NCBI GenBank assembly: GCA_018224305.1
Contig: JAGTUV010000379.1
Location: 1 to 37,987, forward strand
Source: Gemmatimonadota bacterium
GTDB lineage: Bacteria; Gemmatimonadota; Gemmatimonadetes; Longimicrobiales; RSA9
DNA length: 37,987 bases
Direction of reading: 5' to 3'
Shown piece by piece: positions 1 to 8,408 of the stretch (position 1 is its first letter; every line of letters starts with the position of its first letter). Under the pieces are notes generated by a model, which saw only the letters and a program-made list of their open reading frames with translations, searched no databases and was not told where the DNA came from. The position numbers were made by a program, and so were the translations under genes.

Positions 1-36
1 CTGAATTCCCCCATGCAGGCAGTCACCTGCCGCGCG

Positions 37-1368
37 TCATGGCTGGCTGCTTGCCTGGACGGGGAGTGTGATGGTGGCTATGGCACCACTGGAATCCTTC
101 CGATTCTCAACTGTAAGAAAGCCGCCGTGTGCATCGACGATCTGGCGGGACAGCGCGAGCCCGATGCCGGAACCGCTGCGCTTCGTGGTGAAGAATGGTA
201 CGAACAGGTTGGTCGTGTCGGCGAGGCCCGGGCCTTCATCACGGACCTGGACGGCGACGCGTTCGCTGTTGCCTGACCAGCCGACGCTCACTGCGCCACC
301 CGTCTCGAGCGCCGCATCGACGCCGTTGCGCACGAGATTGATGAGCAGCTGGTCGAGCTGATCGCCATCAGCCCGGATGACGATGTGCGGCCCGGTGTCG
401 ACATGAACGTCCAGGCGCGTTTCGAGAGCCACGACGCGACGCACCCAGTCGCCGACATCGACGGGTGCGAGTTCCGGTGCCGGCAGCCGCGCCAGTCGCG
501 CATACGACGCCATGAATCGCTGAAGCGCTTCGGAACGACCGGCGATGATGCCGAGGCCGCGCTCCAGGTCCTCGTCCGCATCAGCGGGGCGCTGCCCCCG
601 ACTCAGCGTCGTGATCAGGCTGCCGGCAATGGACTTGATGGGCGCAAGTGAGTTGTTGATCTCGTGCGAGAGCACGCGGATGAGACGCTGCCACGCGATC
701 AGTTCCTCCTCGCGCAGCGTCTTGCTCAGGTCGGACAGCACCAGCAGCTGGTGCGGCGCGCCGCCCTGCCGGAACATCGATCGTCGCAGATCCCAGCGCC
801 CGCGCGCACCCGGAAACGTCGCATCAACAACGCGCTGATCCTCGCCGGCGAGCAGTTCCGCGAGGCCGAGCGCCTGCGCGGTACGGCCGCTCATGCGCTC
901 CGCGGGCATGTCTAACAGACGTTCGCCCGCGCGGTTCACCAGCCGCAGCTTCAGGGCGTCATCAAACGCAAAGATCGCGACTTCGATCTCCTCCATTACC
1001 GTCCGCAGCAGGGCGGACGCCTCGAGCGCACCCAGCCGCTGCTCGCGCAGCGTCTCTCCCAGTGCGTTGACCTCCAGCATCGCCAGACCGAGCGCGTCGT
1101 CCGTGGTCGCACCGCGCGAACGTATGGAGTAGTCCCCCTCGAGCAGCGCGGCGAGCAGGTTCGACAGCGTCTGCAGCGGTCGCACCACCCGCTCCCGCAG
1201 CGCAAACGCGAACCCCAGCCAGAACCCCATCACCAGCAGACCGAACGTCCACAGCACCTTCGCGCTGTAACCCTCGACCACCAGCAGCGTCAGCGCGACA
1301 ACCGTCCCCGGCAGCCCCGCCGCCAGCGCCAGCGCCAGCACCCGCGTCTCGAAGGAAATCTTCTTCAA
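37..1368 (-). CDS. sensor histidine kinase (2 TM, HAMP, PAS-like, HisKA, HATPase_c)
   Basis: H-box SHEINNSLAPI, N-box LINLVRNGVDA, G1 DEGPGL and G2 GSGIGLALS are present. Two N-terminal TM helices are separated by only about 6 residues (EGYSAK). The ORF-track start at 1368 is TTG; GTG at 1341 is an alternative. Confidence 0.9.
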   Translation of the reverse strand: MKKISFETRVLALALAAGLPGTVVALTLLVVEGYSAKVLWTFGLLVMGFWLGFAFALRERVVRPLQTLSNLLAALLEGDYSIRSRGATTDDALGLAMLEVNALGETLREQRLGALEASALLRTVMEEIEVAIFAFDDALKLRLVNRAGERLLDMPAERMSGRTAQALGLAELLAGEDQRVVDATFPGARGRWDLRRSMFRQGGAPHQLLVLSDLSKTLREEELIAWQRLIRVLSHEINNSLAPIKSIAGSLITTLSRGQRPADADEDLERGLGIIAGRSEALQRFMASYARLARLPAPELAPVDVGDWVRRVVALETRLDVHVDTGPHIVIRADGDQLDQLLINLVRNGVDAALETGGAVSVGWSGNSERVAVQVRDEGPGLADTTNLFVPFFTTKRSGSGIGLALSRQIVDAHGGFLTVENRKDSSGAIATITLPVQASSQP

Positions 1369-1429
1369 TCCCAGCCCCGATCCCCCTCAGTCACCCCGCA
1401 CCTGACCCCACCCCTCGTCCCGCCAGCAA

Positions 1430-1450
1430 CCCCACCCCAGCCCCCATCCC
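1430..1450 (-). other. canonical G-quadruplex-type motif on the sense strand of the RR-HK transcript
   Basis: The reverse complement of 1430-1450 is GGGATGGGGGCTGGGGTGGGG, four G-runs with 1-2 nt loops. Further G-runs span 1382-1513. Confidence 0.6.
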
Positions 1451-1513
1451 GCCGTCCAACCCCGCAGCCCGCCGTCCAACCCCGCAGTCCCGTCGGACGC
1501 CCCAACCCCGCAG
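1448..1513. repeat. 20-bp tandem repeat (2 perfect copies plus a partial third)
   Basis: cccgccgtccaaccccgcag occurs at 1448-1467 and 1468-1487. A degenerate third copy ends in ccaaccccgcag at 1513. The repeat lies in the spacer between the regulator and kinase cistrons. Confidence 0.9.
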
Positions 1514-1541
1514 CTCCACCCGCAGTCCCGCCACCAAGCCG

Positions 1542-2918
1542 CTATCCCCCCGCCGGCGAGATATCAAAGTGCTGCAGCCGCCGGTACAGCGCACTGCGCG
1601 ACAGCCCGAGCGCCTCCGCCGCCCGGCTGACGTTCCCCTGATGCCGCACGAGCGACTTCTGGATGAGGTGCTTCTCCGCCTCCTCGAGCGTCATCTCCTC
1701 GAAGCGCGCAGCACCATCTCCGCGCGTCCGCAAGCCGAGGTCCTCCGCCCGGATCTGCGTCCCGCCCGCCATGAGCACGGCGCGTTCGATCGTATGCTCC
1801 AGTTCACGGATGTTGCCGGGCCAGGGATGCTCGTGCATCGCCTGCAGCGCTTCGCGGTCCAGTCCCGTCAGCTTCTTGCCGTACCGCGCACGCTCCCGCT
1901 GCAGGAAGTGCTGGGCGAGACCGGCCATGTCTTCCGTCCGGTCGCGCAGCGGCGGCAGCTGGATCTCGACCGTGTTCAATCGGTACAGCAGATCCTCGCG
2001 GAATCGACCCTCTGCGACTTCCGCGCGGATGTCCACGTTCGTCGCGGAGATCACGCGCACATCCACACGCTTCGTCTTCGATGAGCCGACCCGCTGAAAC
2101 TCTCCTGTCTGCAGCACGCGCAGCAGCTTCGCCTGCTGCTTCCCGGGCATGTTGCCGATCTCGTCCAGAAACAGCGTGCCGCCGTCCGCCAGCTCGAAGT
2201 AGCCGACGCGGTCCGTCTTCGCGTCCGTGAACGCGCCCTTCACGTGGCCGAACAACTCGCTCTCGAACACGCCTTCCGACAGTCCGCCTGCGTTCACGAT
2301 GATGAGCGGCTTCTCCGCGCGCGGCGATGCCGCATGAAGCCAGCGCGCTATGATCTCCTTCCCCGTGCCGTGCTCCCCCATGACCAGGACGTTCACCTCG
2401 GATGGACCGATCCGCTCCAGCATCGTGAGCACCGGCTGCATCGCGCGCGACTCCGCAATCAGTTCCGGAACGCCGCGTCTGCGCAGCAGCCGGTTCTCCG
2501 ATTCGAGCCGCGCACTCTCGCGCAGCGCTCGACCAAGCTCGCAGTGCGTGCGCAGCAGAGACACCAGCCGTTGATTGTCCCAGGGCTTCTCGATGTAGTC
2601 GCGCGCGCCCCGGCGCATCGCCTCCACCGCGCCCTGGATGCTGCCCCACGCTGTCATGACGATCACCGGCAGCGTGTCATCCAGTTCCCGCAGCCTGCTG
2701 AGCAGATCGAGGCCCTCGCGGCCCGACGTCGTGTCGCGCGTGTAATTGAGGTCCATCAGCACCGCATCGAAGTCGCTTGCCTCCACCGCCTGCAGTACGT
2801 CCGCCGGCGACGCAGCCGACTCCGTATCGAATGACTCGCCCTTCAGCAGCAGGCGCAGAGCTTCCACCACGTCGGGCTGATCATCCGCAATCAGCACGTT
2901 CCTCTTTCGCTCAGTCAT
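1542..2918 (-). CDS. sigma-54-dependent response regulator (NtrC family)
   Basis: Receiver domain (NVLIADDQ, VLMDLNY), then an AAA+ domain with Walker A GEHGTGKE, a GAFTDA loop and Walker B LFLDEIG, then a C-terminal Fis-type HTH (NVSRAAEALGLSRSALYRRL). I moved the start to ATG 2918 (MTERKRNVLIADD); the ORF-track extension to 3053 adds a non-domain leader. Confidence 0.93.
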   Translation of the reverse strand: MTERKRNVLIADDQPDVVEALRLLLKGESFDTESAASPADVLQAVEASDFDAVLMDLNYTRDTTSGREGLDLLSRLRELDDTLPVIVMTAWGSIQGAVEAMRRGARDYIEKPWDNQRLVSLLRTHCELGRALRESARLESENRLLRRRGVPELIAESRAMQPVLTMLERIGPSEVNVLVMGEHGTGKEIIARWLHAASPRAEKPLIIVNAGGLSEGVFESELFGHVKGAFTDAKTDRVGYFELADGGTLFLDEIGNMPGKQQAKLLRVLQTGEFQRVGSSKTKRVDVRVISATNVDIRAEVAEGRFREDLLYRLNTVEIQLPPLRDRTEDMAGLAQHFLQRERARYGKKLTGLDREALQAMHEHPWPGNIRELEHTIERAVLMAGGTQIRAEDLGLRTRGDGAARFEEMTLEEAEKHLIQKSLVRHQGNVSRAAEALGLSRSALYRRLQHFDISPAGG

Positions 2919-3320
2919 GTGCTCATCGCTAGGGGGATGCAGCAGCCGGAAGCGTCCGGCTACTCTCCTCTTCGGAAACAACCATACCACACCGCGACCA
3001 GCCGGACATCTCTTCGCCCAACACAGCATTGGGCGGCCGCGAACGCCGGGCACCCCGCCCAGGTGTCCGATTCCGGGACGGAATATACCGCAATCGCAGA
3101 CGGACGCTGATACTGTCCTGCAGAGCCGGGTTCGCGTCCCCCCTCGATGGGCCGACCGGCTGATGGAGCCGCGGCGTCATCGCGTCGAACGGGTGGTGCT
3201 GCTCATGGCCGGCATGGCGCTGGTCTTCACCGCGCTGCCGCTCAGGGCGGGGCTGATCGTTCAGGCGCCGTTTGGCACCGGCTGGCTGGTGCTGGCGATG
3301 GCAGTTGCGATGGATCGCGG

Positions 3321-4046
3321 TCAGCCCAGCAGGAGCGCCGCCGCCGCCGCAGCCGCGAGCTGTATGGTCAAGTTGTCCGTGCCGTGGTGGCTGGCGGCTT
3401 CGACGATCATGGTGACTATGCCGATCGCAGCAGCGGCCCCGAGCGCCGCCGGCAGGGCGATACCGGCCGTGATCAGCGCGAGCGCACACGCCGCCGCGCT
3501 TGCTAGCAGCACTGCGACGCTCCCCTCCATGCTGCGCGTCGCGCTCACCCCGCCGATAGACGGCACGGTGTAGCGATGGCGACCCCAGCGCGTGCCGACT
3601 GGCTCGCCGATCGCATCACCCCACGCGACGGCCGCGTACCCGATGAACGCCCAGGTCGGGAACAGCACATTGGCCAGCACGCCGCCCAGGGCCGTGGTGA
3701 TCAGCGGCACGATAATGAAGAGCGAGCGGCGCGGCGCATCGGTCGGCCGCGCCAGCGCTTCGTAGAACGCGAAGCCGTCGCCGCGCACGACCGCCGCGAG
3801 GACGATGAGTGCCACGGTGCTCCCATAGATCATCGTTCCGGGCAGCCCCCACACGAGCTGGATGAGCGTGGCGGCCGAGAGGATGAGGAAGTGGTAGATC
3901 TTGCGCGTATACGGTGCGCGCACGCCACGCCGCACGCGCAGCCACCCGCATAAGGCAGCGGCGGCCAACGCGTGCACCAGCGTAAGCGGCAGGACGACGA
4001 TGGTCGTCGCGAGGTCAGGCAGGAAACGGTCGATGAACTCCGGCAC
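3321..4046 (-). CDS. polytopic membrane protein, CTP-dependent prenol/dolichol/phytol-kinase-like (cytidylyltransferase family)
   Basis: RKIYHF motif near the N-terminus, WGDAIGEPVGTRWG...TRSMEGS, and a C-terminal E-x5-GTDNLT motif, all typical of this family as I recall. There are multiple TM helices and the start codon is GTG. Confidence 0.6.
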   Translation of the reverse strand: MPEFIDRFLPDLATTIVVLPLTLVHALAAAALCGWLRVRRGVRAPYTRKIYHFLILSAATLIQLVWGLPGTMIYGSTVALIVLAAVVRGDGFAFYEALARPTDAPRRSLFIIVPLITTALGGVLANVLFPTWAFIGYAAVAWGDAIGEPVGTRWGRHRYTVPSIGGVSATRSMEGSVAVLLASAAACALALITAGIALPAALGAAAAIGIVTMIVEAASHHGTDNLTIQLAAAAAAALLLG

Positions 4047-4199
4047 CGCGCGAATCTATCGTACGGCCGGCCCTTCGGGTATGCCGCCGCTGCCGTGCGG
4101 AGCATGCTCAGTCGATGCGTCGTATGTGAAGGCCATGATGTACGAAGGGCGGGCGGCACCACCCGGTACCACCCACCCTGTTGAATCACGCGACGCGCT

Positions 4200-4472
4200 T
4201 CAGCTGCCGGAACCCAGCCGGTCCATGAAATCCTTCTGGTCGGTCACGCGCTGCATCTCCAGGCGCAGGGCGCTCAGTTCCGCTTCCAGCAGAGCGATGC
4301 GCCTTTCGTTGAGTTCCATCGCCGCCGCAGCGGGTGCTGCGCTCGCGCGCACCTCGAGCAGACGCGCGATCGATTCCACGATCGGCTTCAGCGCGAAACG
4401 CATGGTCAGCCCCGCGATCGGGACGAAGAAGCAAAGAAAGATCGCGATTACTGCGATAATGCCGTCATCCAT
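4200..4472 (-). CDS. small single-pass membrane protein with C-terminal leucine-zipper-like helix (PspB-like architecture, family not recognised)
   Basis: ATG 4472 overlaps the stop of the upstream ABC ATPase by 8 nt (ATGGATGA). The protein has a TM helix IIAVIAIFLCFFVPIAGL followed by ELNERRIALLEAELSALRLEMQRV. I discarded the ORF-track extension to 4574 because it lies inside the ATPase gene. Confidence 0.6.
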   Translation of the reverse strand: MDDGIIAVIAIFLCFFVPIAGLTMRFALKPIVESIARLLEVRASAAPAAAAMELNERRIALLEAELSALRLEMQRVTDQKDFMDRLGSGS

Positions 4473-5211
4473 TGTGATGCATCTCGAACCCGCTCTCCTC
4501 GAGCTCGTGAGCCTTCGATGAATCCTCGTCGCGCACCACCTGACCGTCGAACAGGTGAATGGAACGCTCTGCATGCCGCGCGTAACGCGGGTCGTGCGTG
4601 ACCATGCAGATCGTCGCGCCGTCGGAGTGCAGTTCCTTCAGCAGGTCCATCACCGCCTCGCCGTTCTTCGAGTCCAGGTTACCGGTCGGCTCGTCCGCGA
4701 GCAGGATCAGCGGCTTGCCGACGATCGCGCGCGCCACCGCGACACGCTGCTGCTGGCCGCCCGACAGCTGCGACGGGTAGTGCTTCGTGCGGTGCGACAT
4801 GCCTACGCGCTCCAGTGCGGCGTGCACGCGCTCCTTGCGCTCCGATGCCGACATGCCGCGGTATGTCAGTGGCAGCTCGACATTCTCGTATACTGTCAGG
4901 TCGCCGATCAGGTTGAACGCCTGGAAGACGAACCCGATCTCGCGATTGCGGACGCGCGCACGGTCCGATGCCGACAGATTCGATACGTTCTTCCCGTCTA
5001 GCGAATACACGCCGTCACTCGGCGAGTCGAGCAGTCCGAGCAGGGACAGAAGTGTCGTCTTGCCGCAGCCCGACGGTCCTGCAATCGCAATGTACTCGCC
5101 ACGCTGGATGTGCAGCTGAACATTGTTCAGCGCGTGCGTCTCCACCTCGTCAGTGTAAAACACCTTGCTCACACCGTCGAGTCTGATGAGCGGCTCCGTC
5201 GCTTGCTGCAT
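4465..5211 (-). CDS. ABC transporter ATP-binding protein (MacB/LolD-type, ATPase only)
   Basis: Walker A GPSGCGKTT, signature LSGGQQQRV, Walker B LILLADEPTGNLD, H-loop VTHD. I set the start to ATG 5211, which is preceded by AGGAGA-N7. The ORF-track start at 5271 is a GTG. Confidence 0.92.
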   Translation of the reverse strand: MQQATEPLIRLDGVSKVFYTDEVETHALNNVQLHIQRGEYIAIAGPSGCGKTTLLSLLGLLDSPSDGVYSLDGKNVSNLSASDRARVRNREIGFVFQAFNLIGDLTVYENVELPLTYRGMSASERKERVHAALERVGMSHRTKHYPSQLSGGQQQRVAVARAIVGKPLILLADEPTGNLDSKNGEAVMDLLKELHSDGATICMVTHDPRYARHAERSIHLFDGQVVRDEDSSKAHELEESGFEMHHNG

Positions 5212-5270
5212 TGACCTGTCTCCTGGTTCGCGCCGAGTGGCTGATTGAAAGTCCGGTGAATCGTGCTGCA

Positions 5271-6518
5271 CTAGTTGCGTATCCTGACTCGATCGCTCGA
5301 GTCGTACTGCTGCATGTCCGACAGGATTACTACGTCACCCTGATTCAGACCGCTCACGATCTCCACGAAGTTGACCGACGTCTGGCCGAGCCTGACCTGC
5401 ACCCGCTCTGCTTCCCTGCCATCTTTCGACAGCACCCACAATCCGATCGTCTGACCGGTGCTGCCGTGATTCGGGCGGCTCACGTGAAGGACGTTCTGGA
5501 GCCGGTCGATCTCGACAACGCCGTCAACGCTCATGTCCGGTCGCGCGCTGGCGGGCATGTCCGAGTCGAATGCGACGTCCACGCCGATCGTGCCGCCCTG
5601 CGACGCGGGATCGATCCGCACAACGGTGCCTTCGATGGTATCGTTGCGCGTATCAATGAACGCGCGCTGGCCGATGACGACGTCGCGCATCTGGGTATCG
5701 GAGATGCGCAGCACCGCCTTGAGCCTCCCTGGCTCCACTATACGCGCCAGCTCCGTCCCGGGATTCACCCACTGGCCGGCCTCCAGGTCCAGCCGCGAAA
5801 GCATACCTCCGGACGCAGCGCGCACATCCATGGCGTCGATGAGTCCGCGGCGATGAGCGACGATCGCCCCAAGCTGTCTGACCTGCGACTGCTGCGCACC
5901 GATCTGGGTCTCGACCGTCGAGTGAAGCAGAGCGAGCCGCTTCTTCTCGATATCGAGCCGCGTCTCGAGCTCTACCACCTGGTCTTTCCCCCGGCTCGCC
6001 TCGTTCGGAGCGATCAGGCCCCGGGCAGTCAGCTCCTCGTTCGTCTTCGCCTGGCGGATCGCCTCGTTGTACTGGCTCTGCACCGTAGCAATGACGCCTT
6101 CCTGATTCAGTATCTGCGTCTGGAGCGAGGAGCGCAGATTCAACAGTTCGGACTCCGCCGTGCGCAGCTGACGCTCCGACTCCATCAACTGCAGCTCCAG
6201 TTCAGGATTGCTCAACCGAACGAGCGGCGTGCCCGCCTCTACCGTGACACCCGGTCGCAGATGGATCTGCTCCACGCGGCCGGCCGCCTGCGCGGGTATG
6301 ATCCGGATATGCTCCGGCGTCAGCGTTCCGACGCCGCGCACCGATCGCACCATGGGTCCCCGACGCACCGAGTCCGTCCAGATCGCTGCACCTTCGACCG
6401 TCGGCACGGCCGGCTCGAGAGCCAGCATCGCCACGGTGATCACCACCGCGGCACCGATGCCCGCTGCTATATAGACACGCTGACGGTTCTTCCTGGTTGA
6501 CTGCCTGGGCTTATCCAT
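5271..6518 (-). CDS. HlyD/MacA-family periplasmic adaptor (membrane fusion protein)
   Basis: N-terminal TM anchor VYIAAGIGAAVVITVAMLAL, a long coiled-coil hairpin (PELELQLMESERQLRTAESELLNL ...), and a beta-rich C-terminal half. It is adjacent to a TolC-like gene and the ABC ATPase. Confidence 0.88.
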   Translation of the reverse strand: MDKPRQSTRKNRQRVYIAAGIGAAVVITVAMLALEPAVPTVEGAAIWTDSVRRGPMVRSVRGVGTLTPEHIRIIPAQAAGRVEQIHLRPGVTVEAGTPLVRLSNPELELQLMESERQLRTAESELLNLRSSLQTQILNQEGVIATVQSQYNEAIRQAKTNEELTARGLIAPNEASRGKDQVVELETRLDIEKKRLALLHSTVETQIGAQQSQVRQLGAIVAHRRGLIDAMDVRAASGGMLSRLDLEAGQWVNPGTELARIVEPGRLKAVLRISDTQMRDVVIGQRAFIDTRNDTIEGTVVRIDPASQGGTIGVDVAFDSDMPASARPDMSVDGVVEIDRLQNVLHVSRPNHGSTGQTIGLWVLSKDGREAERVQVRLGQTSVNFVEIVSGLNQGDVVILSDMQQYDSSDRVRIRN

Positions 6519-6625
6519 GATCTCGCAACTTTCGTTATTGCTTGCGGACTGCGCGGCACCGCCTGGGCGCCGTGGTCCGTCGATGTCTGTAATACCAAGT
6601 GCCGTACCAGCCGGCGCATTCTCAC

Positions 6626-6648
6626 AACACGTTGTGGCTCAACGTGTT
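6626..6648. promoter_or_regulatory. 9-bp perfect inverted repeat (AACACGTTG-N5-CAACGTGTT)
   Basis: Read directly from the sequence. It lies about 110-130 nt upstream of the MFP start, in the tolC-MFP spacer. It could be a protein operator or an RNA hairpin. Confidence 0.4.
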
Positions 6649-6790
6649 CACTCGCAGGTTGGGCAGCTCTCCGCCACCCGCGTCGGCGCATCCGGAACTC
6701 GCATTCCCATTACCGGACACTCCGCCTGCCAGGCACCTCTACCGGGCCGCCTTCATACTCGAGTCTGCCGACGCCGGCCTCCCGCCGGGC

Positions 6791-6896
6791 GAGTCCGGGC
6801 GAGTCCGGGCGAGTCCGGGCGTCCGGGCCATTCCGTGCGCGCCGGGTCGCGTCCGGGCGTCCGGGCCAGTCCGTGCGCGCCGGGTCGCGTCCGTGC
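6791..6896. repeat. compound tandem repeat: 10 bp x3 then 38 bp x2
   Basis: gagtccgggc occurs x3 at 6791-6820. gtccgggccaKtccgtgcgcgccgggtcgcgtccgKgc occurs at 6821-6858 and 6859-6896 with 2 mismatches. The repeat ends 3 nt from the TolC stop codon. Confidence 0.9.
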
Positions 6897-6899
6897 GCC

Positions 6900-8408
6900 C
6901 TACTGCCGCAGCGACCGGCCCACAGCCGATTCCAGGTCGGCCAGGTTCTCGTGGAACGCGTACAGCGCTGCGAGGTGCGCCTGATCGGCCCGCGCCATGG
7001 TCGCCTGCGCCTGCGTCAACTCCAGGATCGATCCGGCCCCGAGGCGGTAGCGTTCGCGGGCGAACTCGAGCTGCTCCGCCGCAGCTGCAACGTTGCGTTC
7101 CTCGATCGCGACCGCGCGATATGCAGTACGTACGGCCAGGAAACTGGTTGCGACGGTAGCGCGACGGTTCAGCTCCTCCTCGCGGAGCTGGTGACGTGCA
7201 TCGGCAGCCGTGGCCGCGGCCTGCTGTACCTGCGCCTCGCGGCTGAAGCCGTCGAAGATGGGCATGCTGACGGTCATGCCGAACACGGGCGGCTGACGGG
7301 TGAAGTTGAACGGCCAGAAGTCGTTCGCGCTGAGGATGCGGCTGCGGTCCGCGTCGCTGAACGCCAGCGTGGCGCAGTCCTGCGGCGGCAGCGGATCGGC
7401 CAGACGCGAGTAAAGGTCGTTCGTCCGCTGACATGACTCCACCCGGCTCTGAGCAGACGACTGTGCCTGATTGATCAGAAAGGTCTCGTCGCGCGCGTGC
7501 TGCGTGTAGCCGGACCATCCACCGCCGATCGACACCGTCGGTAGATAGGACATGCGCGCCGCGCGGGCGGCGGCGCGGCCCGACGACTCCGCCGCACGTG
7601 CGGCAACCAGCTGCGGGTGGTTCTGCATCGCCGCCTGTGACAGATCTGCGAGCGTCCAGGTGGGTTCGAACACCGTGAGCTGCGTCGTCAGGTCGACATC
7701 CTGCTCGAGATCCAGGCCGATGCGCTGCAGCAGCCGCAGCTTCTCCGTCTCTTCCGCCGCCTGCGCCTGGAGCAGTGCGACTTCCGAACGGCCTCGCTCG
7801 ACTTCCGCCTGCGCCGCGTCCATCCTCGGTGCCGCGCCAGCCTCGACACGGGCATTCGCGAGCTTGAGCGCTTCGTCCGTCGACGCCAGTTCGCGCTCCG
7901 CTATGCGCACGGCATCACGCGCACGAAGGGCCGACAGGTACTGCCGTGTCACGTCGGATTCGAGCGAGTATCCTGCGGCTTCGATACGCGCTGTCGTCGC
8001 CTCACGTGCGGCGCGCTGCTGCGCCATCCTGAAGAACGTGCCGCCGCTCACCGTCCAGCTCAACCGGATCGAATAGTCGGAGAAGAGGTAGTCCGGCGTG
8101 CTGCCGAGACCCAGCTCTTCACCACTCAGCTGGCCGAACCGCGGTGTGCCCCCGCCCCGCCAGTCCAGACTGCTGCTCACCACCAGCGACGGCAGTAGCG
8201 AACCATAGGCCGCACGGACGTTCCAGTCCGCCACCGCCTCATCATTCGTCTGCTGCAGGTATCCCGGACTGTAGCGCCGGGCCAGCTGCACCGCCTCGTC
8301 CAGCGACATCGTCGCTGGCGCACTCTGCGCCTCGACCTCCGCCGCCGCCATGACCATCATCAGCACGACTACCAGTCGCACCGGATTTCTGCTGCACATA
8401 ATCATCAT
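6900..8408 (-). CDS. TolC-family outer membrane efflux protein
   Basis: Signal peptide (MMIMCSRNPVRLVVVLMMVMAAAEVEAQS) followed by duplicated TolC-type helical repeats (LSLDEAVQLARRYSPGY..., LEFARERYRLGAGSILELTQAQ). I set the start to ATG 8408; 8405 and 8399 are alternatives. Confidence 0.88.
   Translation of the reverse strand: MMIMCSRNPVRLVVVLMMVMAAAEVEAQSAPATMSLDEAVQLARRYSPGYLQQTNDEAVADWNVRAAYGSLLPSLVVSSSLDWRGGGTPRFGQLSGEELGLGSTPDYLFSDYSIRLSWTVSGGTFFRMAQQRAAREATTARIEAAGYSLESDVTRQYLSALRARDAVRIAERELASTDEALKLANARVEAGAAPRMDAAQAEVERGRSEVALLQAQAAEETEKLRLLQRIGLDLEQDVDLTTQLTVFEPTWTLADLSQAAMQNHPQLVAARAAESSGRAAARAARMSYLPTVSIGGGWSGYTQHARDETFLINQAQSSAQSRVESCQRTNDLYSRLADPLPPQDCATLAFSDADRSRILSANDFWPFNFTRQPPVFGMTVSMPIFDGFSREAQVQQAAATAADARHQLREEELNRRATVATSFLAVRTAYRAVAIEERNVAAAAEQLEFARERYRLGAGSILELTQAQATMARADQAHLAALYAFHENLADLESAVGRSLRQ

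Noticed and set aside
1391-1594. A 67-aa Gly/Arg-rich ORF across the regulator-kinase spacer.
   Set aside because: Its composition simply reflects the G-run repeat. It overlaps the regulator's 3' end and has no start context.
3273-3308. Sigma-54 promoter-like strings on the plus strand: TGGCAC at 3273-3278, and TGGCGATGGCAGTTGC at about 3293-3308.
   Set aside because: The GG-to-GC spacing is off by one relative to TGGCAC-N5-TTGC. They also point into the antisense strand of the prenol-kinase-like gene, with no plus-strand gene downstream.
3162-3573. A plus-strand ORF segment beginning MEPRRHRVERVVLLMAGMALVFTALPLRAG... that looks like a small two-TM protein in the 402-bp spacer upstream of the NtrC gene.
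   Set aside because: It cannot terminate before 3573, so it would overlap 250 nt of the opposite-strand gene. That gene's C-terminus carries a conserved family motif (E-x5-GTDNLT). Ala-rich antisense frames mimic TM helices. I note it only as a low-probability small ORF.
5212-5271. GTG start at 5271 for the MacB-type ATPase, overlapping the MFP stop by 1 nt.
   Set aside because: ATG 5211 has a strong AGGAGA-N7 RBS and gives the usual short N-terminus before the first beta-strand (LIRLDGVSKVF). The upstream 20 codons are non-conserved-looking.
5211-6500. Very long ORFs antisense to confidently assigned genes: 5211..6500 (+), 27779..29269 (+), 31990..33390 (-), 18463..19863 (+), 12064..13059 (-) and 22011..22841 (-).
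   Set aside because: These are typical shadow ORFs of a GC-rich genome. Their translations are Arg/Ala/Pro/His-rich with no motifs. Each lies opposite a gene with clear family motifs, and none has a sensible start or RBS context.
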